Assembly (NCBI GenBank): GCA_965209085.1 | Contig: OZ242376.1 | Span: 416,001-480,000 of the forward strand | DNA from: Nitrosopumilaceae archaeon | GTDB lineage: Archaea > Thermoproteota > Nitrososphaeria > Nitrososphaerales > Nitrosopumilaceae | DNA length: 64,000 nucleotides | Direction of reading: 5' to 3' | Shown here: in pieces, positions 56,264-64,000 of the stretch | Position numbering within the stretch: the stretch's first letter is position 1 | Layout of the letters: each line of letters starts with the position of its first letter | Translations under genes and position numbers: made by a program | The notes under the pieces: generated by a model | The model's input: only the letters and a program-made list of their open reading frames with translations | Told to the model about the DNA's origin: nothing | The model's database searches: none

Positions 56264-57088
56264 ATGTTGAGAATTCATTCAAGTTTCATTATTTTTATGT
56301 GTATTATATTTATGTCATCGACATTATATACGACATATGCAGAATCCGAGTCAAAAACTTGTAAAGAAAGAGGGGAAGCATTTACAATTGATAAATATAA
56401 TACTACTGGGTATGAATTAATTCACATAATATCACACCCAAATCATACTGGAGATATCAAGCTTACATTATGTTGGATAGTTGATAATCAGATACAAGTT
56501 GGTAAATTAATAACATTAGATGCTAAAGCAAGTAGTGAACGCTATGCTATGAATAACAGTAATGATAAAATAACCATAACTTTTCCGAAGGAAGTCATAA
56601 ATTATTGGGAAGATCCAAATCATACAAGACAGTTAAATTATACAACGTCTAACCAATTAGTTTTGATACAAAATAATTCTATAATTTTTGAATCGAAACC
56701 AATTAATTTTCGATTTACTGTACCAGAAAATATTTCAATCTCATATTGTGAATATTTTCCAGATGAAGAATGTTTTAATGTAACTAGTTTACTTCGACCT
56801 GCATCATACTATTTAGATCAAGAAATTAAATTAATTGAAAAAACATTAAACCTAACTAAAAAAACATTAGAACTAACTAATAAAACAGCAATACTGACTA
56901 TGAAAATATTAGATTTAAATGAGAAAATGATACAATTGACTCTCATTATAGTAACATTGACTCTCATTATAGCAGCATTGACAATTTTAGGTTTTGTTGA
57001 TAGAATGTCCCACAAACTATTAACTCGTTTAAAAAAAGCATTAATAATTCGTTTAAAAAAACTATATATGAGGTCACCTCATGACTAA
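56264..57088 (+). CDS. AT-rich exported protein with C-terminal heptad repeats and membrane anchor
   Basis: N-terminal signal-like helix, C-terminal TM and basic tail; intact 274-aa ORF between two IS elements. Confidence 0.7.
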   Translation: MLRIHSSFIIFMCIIFMSSTLYTTYAESESKTCKERGEAFTIDKYNTTGYELIHIISHPNHTGDIKLTLCWIVDNQIQVGKLITLDAKASSERYAMNNSNDKITITFPKEVINYWEDPNHTRQLNYTTSNQLVLIQNNSIIFESKPINFRFTVPENISISYCEYFPDEECFNVTSLLRPASYYLDQEIKLIEKTLNLTKKTLELTNKTAILTMKILDLNEKMIQLTLIIVTLTLIIAALTILGFVDRMSHKLLTRLKKALIIRLKKLYMRSPHD

Positions 57089-57160
57089 CAAATTAGTCAA
57101 TAACACACGATCATCTAGATCCAAATACCATCAATAAATAATACATCTCATGAGCAATCG

Positions 57161-58396
57161 TGGTGCGGATCCCTGTACAATGAGAACGATTTTTGCATTA
57201 AAAATGATAGGATCTGAGGGCTCATTTTATAATTGCCCTCCGTGCGGTGCCAAATTCTGATGGCGTTGCATATTCTATTGCAGTGTACTCGGTTCTGATT
57301 GTAATCCTCAAAGGCGTATGATATTGCAGCTTCGGCATCCTGGAACGTCTCAAAGTCGCGCGGACAGACATACTCTTTCTTGAGACTCTTGTGGAAGGAT
57401 TCCACATGACAGTTTTACTCTGGTGTATGGTAGTGGATGAATTCCGACCTCACACCGTATGCTTTTACAGCTTGTCAAACTGTAATGAAACATACTGGGA
57501 ACCGTTATCTGTTCTTAGAGTAAGATTTGAGCAATCCGGTTTCTTGGAGGCTGAAGCTTCAGTTAATGCTGCAATGGCACAGTCTGTGACCACTCTTGGC
57601 TCAAACGCATATCCTAACCATTCATGGGTAAATGCAAAGGATGTTGAATAGGTAACACCATCTGTCCTGACCGCACCAAATGTACGTCATGTCAGCTTGC
57701 CAAAGCTGATCCAGTCTTGTGGGCTTTGGTCGTTTTCTAGAGCGTATAATCTCTTTTTTGGGTTTTGCAAGCGTACTCCAGCCCAGATAATGGTATATTT
57801 TCTTCACTTTTTTGCAGTTTACAGGCTTGCCCGTAATACGGGACATGGTGGCAGCCATTCTTCATGTTCCATATGTGGGTCTGCTCTGACCAACTTGTTG
57901 CACCATCTTTGAGATTTCCTTGTTGATTTGAATAATGCGTGGTTTTTTCGGAGCGTACAGCATATTGTTGGATATTCCGGTATAACGTATGGATTTGCGG
58001 ACACTGAAACCTTGTTTTTGCATGAGGGTCAATGCTTTCATTTTGTGCTCTCCTCTAACGTTTTTTTAAAACATCATTGGCTATGGTCCGCTCTCCAATG
58101 AGTTTTTTGAGGGATTCATTTTCACTTGTAAGCGTCTTGACTGCATTGTCCCTAGGCTTTCCGGAAAGAGCAGCTTTGCAAGATTCAATGAATGACTCCC
58201 CCAACGATTGAACATTATCGGACTGATATTGTGTCTGCGGCACAGCTCAGCTTGGGTAATGCGTGTGTTTAATGACTCCATAATGATACGCACCTTTTCA
58301 TCTGGAGCACGATGTGGTTTTTTCATTGGCAAATCCACTCCAGAGGGGGTAAAATTTGTAACACTTGGAGTATTCTCATTTTATGGGGTCACTCCA
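57161..58396 (-). mobile_element. IS3-family element, full length (1236 bp), orfA and orfB frameshifted
   Basis: Imperfect IRs TGGTGCGGATCCCTGTACAATGAGAA / TTCTCATTTTATGGGGTCACTCCA (TG...CA ends); orfA HTH plus zipper from ATG 58326; orfB rve fragments. Confidence 0.9.
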
Positions 58397-58548
58397 ACAT
58401 TCGCATACAAGACCGTTTCCAGTTCTAGAGACCGTATGGTATTTGTCGGGTGTGGTCATGGATTTTATCTTGAATTGATCAACGGCAGTTTAGATATTGC
58501 GTTTGGTGTGACGAGTATCTGTTTTGCTTGTCGTTTACGAGTGTTCAC
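58397..58548 (-). pseudogene. N-terminal remnant of a SWIM-type zinc-finger protein (probable transposase), cut by IS3
   Basis: With one frameshift reads MNTRKRQAKQILVTPNAISK/AVDQFKIKSMTTPDKYHTVSRTGNGLVCEC, ending exactly at the IS3 IR. Confidence 0.55.
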
Positions 58549-58552
58549 ACAA

Positions 58553-58599
58553 TAGGTTACGAATTAGGTTATTTATAGATTAGGTTATCGAATAGGTTA
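58553..58599. promoter_or_regulatory. Four TAGGTTA direct repeats flanking a TATA box in a divergent promoter
   Basis: TAGGTTA at 58553, 58565, 58581 and 58593; TTTATA at 58572-58577. Confidence 0.7.
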
Positions 58600-58625
58600 T
58601 TATGATGTCAGATCGTATGTTATGT

Positions 58626-58814
58626 GTGGGAGAAAAAACAAATTTAGTGCACGCTAACAAAAGTGATTCATTACGTACGACAGTTCCATCTAGTATAGTA
58701 AAACAATTTGATTTAGGTGTGGGAGATCAAATTGAATGGAATATTGTTGCATGCGATAATAAAATTGGTTTGAAAGTGAATATTCATAAACAACAAATTG
58801 ATAAGAGTGATTAA
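58626..58814 (+). CDS. AbrB/MazE/SpoVT-like DNA-binding protein
   Basis: SLRTTVPSSIVKQFDLGVGDQIEW swapped-hairpin signature; start GTG 58626 or ATG 58602. Confidence 0.82.
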   Translation: MGEKTNLVHANKSDSLRTTVPSSIVKQFDLGVGDQIEWNIVACDNKIGLKVNIHKQQIDKSD

Positions 58815-58815
58815 A

Positions 58816-59349
58816 ATGCTAGTAGAACAAAAATACAATACTATCGTGATTGATCCCCCATGGAGAATAACCACAACAGGACCAAATTCTAAACCGTGTA
58901 GGGGGAAAATTAAGAGACGATTATCTTATAAAACTATGAGTGATGGTGAGATTGCGAATTTTCCTATTGATGACTTTGCCTCTAAACAATGTAATCTGTT
59001 TATTTGGACAATACAAAGTCGGTTACCGACAGCTATGGAGATTATCAAAAAATGGGGATTTCATTATTACTGTACATATACTTGGGTTAAGAATACAGGC
59101 ATTACTATGCAAGGAGTTTTTAGGAATAGTGAGTTTGTTGTTTTTGGGTATAGAGGTAATTATGATATTCCGTTTAAAGGGAAATCCATGCCCACAGCTT
59201 TTAACGGTAAAACGAGCATTCACTCTGAAAAACCTGATGAATTTTATGAAATTATAAGAAAAAAAACAAATACACCTAGAATAGATATTTTTGCTCGTAA
59301 AAGACACTATGGTTTTACTGCGTGGGGGGATCAAGTTCATGAACACTAG
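58816..59349 (+). CDS. MT-A70-family adenine methyltransferase
   Basis: YNTIVIDPPW, YKTM, LFIWT, WGFHY..WVK, SE..VFG, HSEKPDEFY, IDIFAR, WGDQ. Confidence 0.92.
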   Translation: MLVEQKYNTIVIDPPWRITTTGPNSKPCRGKIKRRLSYKTMSDGEIANFPIDDFASKQCNLFIWTIQSRLPTAMEIIKKWGFHYYCTYTWVKNTGITMQGVFRNSEFVVFGYRGNYDIPFKGKSMPTAFNGKTSIHSEKPDEFYEIIRKKTNTPRIDIFARKRHYGFTAWGDQVHEH

Positions 59350-59423
59350 ATTTTATGCAATTGACCAAAAAAGCAATTTTGACGGATCGAAAGATCTATG
59401 ATCAAGGATCACATTCGTACGGC

Positions 59424-60530
59424 ATGTGTGCCCCAGACAAGCGTATAATTGCCAAGTAAGAAAAGAGAATCTCCGAGCTGGAAGCAGAGGTTCAACGATA
59501 CAAAAATATGGTGCAAAGTGGCAATGGAAACAAAAGACAATACATCGACGAACATTTGGACGATATGATTGGCGATGACAATTATCTGTACGGGACGACT
59601 GGAATGGATCGTGAAGAATTTGAATGGATTCAGGAACGGTTCAAAAAAACCGTAGAAAATTCATCAGAGACTCCACGCTTTTCAGAATATGTCAACGATC
59701 CTGGAAACACCTGTATTCTCACTGCATCCCAAATTTTGTTTGTCAGTGCCGCAAACGCAACAATCCTAAACAGGAATTGCTTGCGGCCATTACAGGCGTT
59801 GATCAGAGCACCATCAGCAGATATCTGACCTTTTCTGATGAACTATTGATGGATATTCTTCCAACGGCTAAGAATATTGGTGCTGCAATACGGGCAATAC
59901 GTACAAGCGAGTTGTTTAAAAATTCGTACCCGGAAGGGATGGCGGCGAGTTGTATCTTGATACCACGTTTGTACAGGTTCAAAGGCCGCAGGAGAATCAA
60001 GAGGCAGTATACTCTGGAAAGCGCAAGAGGCACGTCTACAACGTACAGATAACCTCAAACAAAGACGGGTTGGTACTTGACATTGGTGGATCTGAAGAGG
60101 GCTCAGCACACGACATGGAGGTACTGCGGCGTAATCCGCCAAATTTTGGCAAATGGACTGATGGCATGAAAAATTCTGATACAAAAAAAGAGCGCCAAAT
60201 TATGCTATATACTGACAAGGGATATCTGTCCGTGGAAAAAGATTATCCTGGAATTATCTCAAAATAGCCGTACAAAAAACCAAAGGGTAAAGGGCTGACA
60301 GAGGCAAATCGTGAATACAGCAAGAGGATCAGTCGTAAGCGCATAAAAGTAGAGCATGCCATAAACTGGCTCAAATGGTTTCGTAGAATGAGTGCCATAT
60401 ATGATGACACAATGGATGCGTTTTATACAGAAATCCAAGTGGTTACAGGACTACCAATCTGCACATCATGTTAAAGGATCGCAAGTATATCGAACCGTTG
60501 GAAAAAGTCTGCCCTCAAATCAAGTAGCAC
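59424..60530 (+). mobile_element. IS5-family (DDE_Tnp_4 + HTH_Tnp_4) transposase pseudogene
   Basis: Broken frames with QELLAAITGVDQSTISR, YLDTT..QRP, YSGKRKRH, GSAHD, TDKGY, RIKVEHAI..LK; ends approximate. Confidence 0.82.
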
Positions 60531-60693
60531 ATCTGTGCACACAGTCACGTATAATATTCTGCTTTATGTCTTGCATATGATATTTTGATTTATTTTGTTG
60601 TCTGCTTGAAGGTTTTAGGCCATGTGTACTTTGATCATGGTAATGCCATAGTTGGAATCATATGTCTTTGCAGTTGATTATGCATAACCATAT

Positions 60694-61815
60694 GTGAAGG
60701 GAGCTTCTAAGACCACAGATGGTTGTAAGAATGTCAAACGATCCGTATCACCGAAACGTAAATCATCTAAAAAAGATCCAAATGCAAACAAACAGATTAC
60801 CACATATTCTGGGAAGAATATGTTTGTTGGAATGGACGTTCACAAGAAATTTCTTCAAATTGCAATGATGGATGAAAAAGCCAAAGTGATTTTTAATGAG
60901 AGGATTGAAAATGAAAACAAGTCCATCAGATGATTCTTCAGATCAAGTGTACCTGAAAATGCAAAAATCGTAATGGAATCTTCGTCCGTATGGTACGGAT
61001 TATATCGATACATGACAGATAAAATGGGTTATGATGTCGTATTGTCAAATCCATGGGCGACAAAAATCATCGCCGCATCCAAGAAAAAGACCGACAAGAG
61101 GGATGCTGTAACACTTGCAGACCTATTACGGTGCGGATACATATCCCTCTGTCATGTCTCAAACAAGGACATAGTGGAACAACGGCAACTTGTACGATAT
61201 CGCGACAGTCTTGTCAAGACAAGGACAACTCTAAAAAACAAAATACATGGAATTTTGTTACAGGGAGGGATAAAGATCTTTGGAGCAACATTTACGCTTA
61301 CATACAATAGAAAACTGCGTTCTCTAAAGGATTATCGTATAAACGGATATTTGGATTCTATTGGATTCGTTAATACAAAAATTGCAGACTCAAACATAAA
61401 AGTACACAACGCATCCGGCTCAAACAAGGATGCAATGTTGCTCAAGACAATACCTGGCATAGGTGATTTTATTTCATTGATACTGGCAGCAGAGATTGAT
61501 GGAGTTGAGAGGTTTTCTGAACCAAAACAACTCAAATCATATGCCGGTCTTGCCCCATCGGTTCGCAATTCAGCAGATGTGGTCCATCATGGACATATAA
61601 CAAAAAGAGGCAGCAGGATGATGCGGTGGGCACTGGTGGAAGCTGTTACCACCCATGTCCGATTTGCATCAGAGAGTAACATTTCTGAATTTTACCGGCG
61701 TCTTGCAGTAAAGAGAGGATCATCCAAGGCCAAAGTTGCAGCAGCGGCCAAGATGCTGGATATCATATTTCGTATGCTAAAGGATAGGAGTGAATTTGAA
61801 ATACATCATAGTTAA
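60694..61815 (+). pseudogene. IS110 DEDD recombinase interrupted by one in-frame TGA (60931-60933)
   Basis: GMDVH / MESS / KTDKRDA (DEDD), TIPGIG, YAGLAPSVRNS (catalytic Ser region), GHITKRG, AKVAAAAK; both ORF pieces are in the same frame. Confidence 0.9.
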
Positions 61816-61819
61816 AGCA

Positions 61820-61980
61820 ACAAACCGCGAGTTAGAGTTTGGGGATGTTACCCCGTTGTATAACTGCGGTAAGCTTTAACATGTGGACGAAGATGGTTGT
61901 GGGATTAAATCCCGAATGGATAGATGTCTTTTTACCTTTTGACTGGAAACAAACACATAGCGAAAGCCATACCGCATGAC
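61820..61980 (+). ncRNA. Predicted bridge/seek RNA of the IS110 element
   Basis: Two stem-internal loop-hairpin units whose loop strands match the element's target flanks and donor ends (see findings); ends approximate. Confidence 0.7.
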
Positions 61981-61992
61981 ACAAAAAAGCAA

Positions 61993-62006
61993 GAAACCTT
62001 TAAAAA
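61993..62006 (+). promoter_or_regulatory. Outward-facing BRE-TATA (GAAACC-TTTAAAAA) in the IS110 right end
   Basis: Archaeal promoter consensus; would lie 30 nt upstream of GTG 60694 in the circular form. Confidence 0.55.
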
Positions 62007-62140
62007 GTATTCACATGGATAAACTCTATTGGTTATGGATACAAAATAGAATGATGTGTTGGATCACGTACATAAATTTTGATTGTTTAGCTAAATTGGA
62101 CTATATGTAGATCTATTAATAAATATCATTAACGATAATA

Positions 62141-62668
62141 TTGGTAGAACGTATACCTGTGCAAGATCAAGCACGTGAGGACCTGATGATTGAGATTTTG
62201 GGTTTGAAAAAAGCTGAAGGCAGATTAGGACATGATGCCGAGGACAATAATGGAAATATCTTTGAGCTTAAATCATCAACAAAAAATAGCTTTGGAACAG
62301 GCAGGGATGTATCAGTTAGCATGATAAATAAATGGAGAAAACGACATTGGGTATTTGCAAATGGTACGAATTACAAATCGGGATTTAAAATTGAAAGTAT
62401 GTATTATTGCTCTCCAAATATGATGAAAGATCAATTTGATATTTTATATGAAAAATTTAAACCCGATATGAAAATATCTAAAACTGTTCTTGCATACGTT
62501 GATGGAATTTTAGTAGAAATTCAGATTGAACGTCTAAAATATTTGCTGAATAGAGGCATGACATATAATAATCCTCATATAAGCATGAAATATGTAAGTT
62601 CATATGGAATTGAAATTGATCTTTCATGCCCAAAGAATAGCTTAAAGACAATTATGGATAAAAATTAG
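62141..62668 (+). CDS. PvuII-like PD-(D/E)xK restriction endonuclease
   Basis: GRLGHDAEDNNGNIFELKS, KWRKRHWVFA, IESMY, YNNPHISMKYVSSYG parallel R.PvuII segments as recalled (GREGNDAVDNAGQEYELKS...INNPKIPVKYVMEHG). Confidence 0.75.
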   Translation: MVERIPVQDQAREDLMIEILGLKKAEGRLGHDAEDNNGNIFELKSSTKNSFGTGRDVSVSMINKWRKRHWVFANGTNYKSGFKIESMYYCSPNMMKDQFDILYEKFKPDMKISKTVLAYVDGILVEIQIERLKYLLNRGMTYNNPHISMKYVSSYGIEIDLSCPKNSLKTIMDKN

Positions 62669-62762
62669 AAATTCAGAGAAAATCCGCATTCGTGAATAAC
62701 CCCTCATAACGCAACAACCAAATCCTGATATGTTTATTTGTGGGTTGATGGTAATTTACACA

Positions 62763-63002
62763 ATGCATGATGATGATGAACCTGACACATTTGTCCTAGA
62801 AACACTTCCGGAACAATTTGTCCAAAAACTCTCAAAAATCGGAGTTACAGCCAAAGCAAACGAGATTGGAGAGGGCCAATTCGAAATCGGCGACTACTAT
62901 AGCAGGGTGTTTGTACCAACACCGCGCATGGTGACAAACCGCGGCAGCCTTGATGTCTCTGGCAAAAATATTGATGCGGTTCACATTATCCAAAAAGGAT
63001 AG
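62763..63002 (+). CDS. Hypothetical protein
   Basis: ORF coupled to the next gene; core-like base composition resumes here. Confidence 0.6.
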   Translation: MHDDDEPDTFVLETLPEQFVQKLSKIGVTAKANEIGEGQFEIGDYYSRVFVPTPRMVTNRGSLDVSGKNIDAVHIIQKG

Positions 63003-63388
63003 TGTGCAAGCATATGCAAGATCCAACACCCATGATATGGGGCGCAATGGACCGGTTTCAGGCTCATTTTATAATCAAAGTAAAAAACAAATCTGATGCG
63101 GATTTGGCGGTAAAATCAATACCAAAGACAAGTGGACATTTTGGCGCAAAAAAACTCACAGGCATATCTTGGAACGGTGCTGGCTCACTTGCTGTATCAT
63201 TGAACGCTGATGCGGATTTAAACTCGTTAATTTTAAAATGCACACTGCACGATGCGCAGATATACATTGAACCTGGCACCGACTGTGTCCGCATACGTGG
63301 AAAATGGTCAAACGGACTTGAATTTGGAATAACAAAAGAAATGTTTGAAATCTACGACCGCATAGCCGGACACGTAAAATCCCTCTAG
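63002..63388 (+). CDS. Hypothetical protein (128 aa)
   Basis: GTG overlaps the upstream stop; 4-bp convergent overlap with endA. Confidence 0.65.
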   Translation: MCKHMQDPTPMIWGAMDRFQAHFIIKVKNKSDADLAVKSIPKTSGHFGAKKLTGISWNGAGSLAVSLNADADLNSLILKCTLHDAQIYIEPGTDCVRIRGKWSNGLEFGITKEMFEIYDRIAGHVKSL

Positions 63389-63930
63389 GCTTTCCACCAG
63401 TCAAGCGCAAGCATCTCAACTGCATACTCTCCGCCCTTTAACTTTGGTATTGCAAGTATGAACTGTTTGCGTACCGTGGTTGCAAGCCTTCCGGCCAAAA
63501 CCACCGCAGTTGAGGTTATAACATCGCTTGCAGAATACACCTGGACAAGATACGGGGCGTGATCTATTCCCGGACCTCTCTCATATACTGCAAAATCGCA
63601 TCCAAATTTTATTCCCGGATTTATAATGTACCCCTTGTTCCTAAAATGCTCATAAACTGCGTATTTTTTATCAAATCCGTGGTATTCATTTCTGCATATT
63701 TGAAGCAGATTCTCATAGCTTTGCTTTTTTTTCTCAGCATGTACTGTAATAATTTTTTTATCCAAAAGATAAATCCCTTCCATAAGATCGAGCACCAGCG
63801 GGGCGTCAATCTCGCCGAATTTTGGCTTTGGAATTCCAATGGGTTTTCCGTAATATCCCATTGAGAATAATTTGTTTGCATCATTTAAGGACCATATTAT
63901 GATCCGATTCTCGACTAGCTCGCCCTTCAA
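63385..63930 (-). CDS. endA: tRNA-splicing endonuclease
   Basis: LDLMEGIYL, YAVYEHFRNKGY, GIKFGCDFAVY, GPGIDHAPY, GRLATTVRK (Y/H/K catalytic triad). Confidence 0.93.
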   Translation of the reverse strand: MKGELVENRIIIWSLNDANKLFSMGYYGKPIGIPKPKFGEIDAPLVLDLMEGIYLLDKKIITVHAEKKKQSYENLLQICRNEYHGFDKKYAVYEHFRNKGYIINPGIKFGCDFAVYERGPGIDHAPYLVQVYSASDVITSTAVVLAGRLATTVRKQFILAIPKLKGGEYAVEMLALDWWKA

Positions 63931-64000
63931 TCAGAGACTCAGCGCCAACATGATAAAGGTGTCTGAAACCTTTTGGCACTTGTCGGCCATTTCCTCGATT
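63931..64000 (-). CDS. 3' end of a DUF47/PhoU-like protein (partial)
   Basis: ...IEEMADKCQKVSDTFIMLALSL*; only 22 codons visible. Confidence 0.5.
   Translation of the reverse strand, partial: IEEMADKCQKVSDTFIMLALSL

Larger units (their letters stand above)
60684..62022 (+). mobile_element. IS110-family element of IS1111 type
   Basis: Sub-terminal IRs ATGTGAA (60692-60698) / TTCACAT (62010-62016); ATAA at both junctions (60684-60687, 62019-62022); long 3' non-coding region. Confidence 0.85.

Noticed and set aside
58055-58070. Programmed -1 frameshift at the A7 tract ending IS3 orfA
   Set aside because: Cannot be told apart from a one-base homopolymer deletion in an element with many other indels.
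57150-58405. Target-site duplication around the full-length IS3
   Set aside because: The flanks (GCAATCG / ACATTCG) give no direct repeat abutting both ends, consistent with later deletion or recombination.
59349-60585. Terminal IRs for the DDE_Tnp_4 element (ATTTTATGCAA / TTGCATATGAT)
   Set aside because: Only a weak partial match in AT-rich DNA, so the boundaries were left approximate.
60931-60933. Recoded TGA (selenocysteine or readthrough) in the IS110 gene
   Set aside because: The position is not a Cys-type site and no supporting signal is seen; a CGA-to-TGA nonsense change is simpler.

Overview
Archaeal chromosomal window, almost certainly from an ammonia-oxidising thaumarchaeon (Nitrosopumilaceae). 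Evidence: the 16S-23S operon has no spacer tRNA or linked 5S, hemL lies divergently next to 16S, and the window carries a DnaJ-ferredoxin, DUF6659-like paralogues and futalosine-pathway genes. Positions 1-53.7 kb and 62.7-64 kb are mostly core genes (dinB, mqnE/mqnD, EF-2, purP, 3-hydroxyacyl-CoA dehydrogenase, rRNA operon, trxB-like, ilvB-ilvH-leuA-leuB, aspS, PINA, endA). A ~9 kb island (53.7-62.7 kb) holds decayed IS3, IS5, IS66-like and IS110 elements plus an AbrB / MT-A70 methyltransferase / PvuII-like endonuclease module. Highlights: (1) an IS110/IS1111 element whose 3' non-coding region reads as a two-loop bridge RNA with four guides matching its own target flanks and donor ends, plus an archaeal BRE-TATA that reaches the recombinase start only after circularisation; (2) an Alba chromatin protein with a ~340-aa tail of ten GSCGCS/His repeats; (3) a double-SDR resembling the acyl-CoA-reducing half of Chloroflexus malonyl-CoA reductase; (4) a fused family-4 UDG / alkyladenine glycosylase; (5) a PvuII-like nuclease paired with an MT-A70 methylase. 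All family calls come from motif recognition by eye; no searches were run. Several start codons were moved from the ORF track to more plausible positions.
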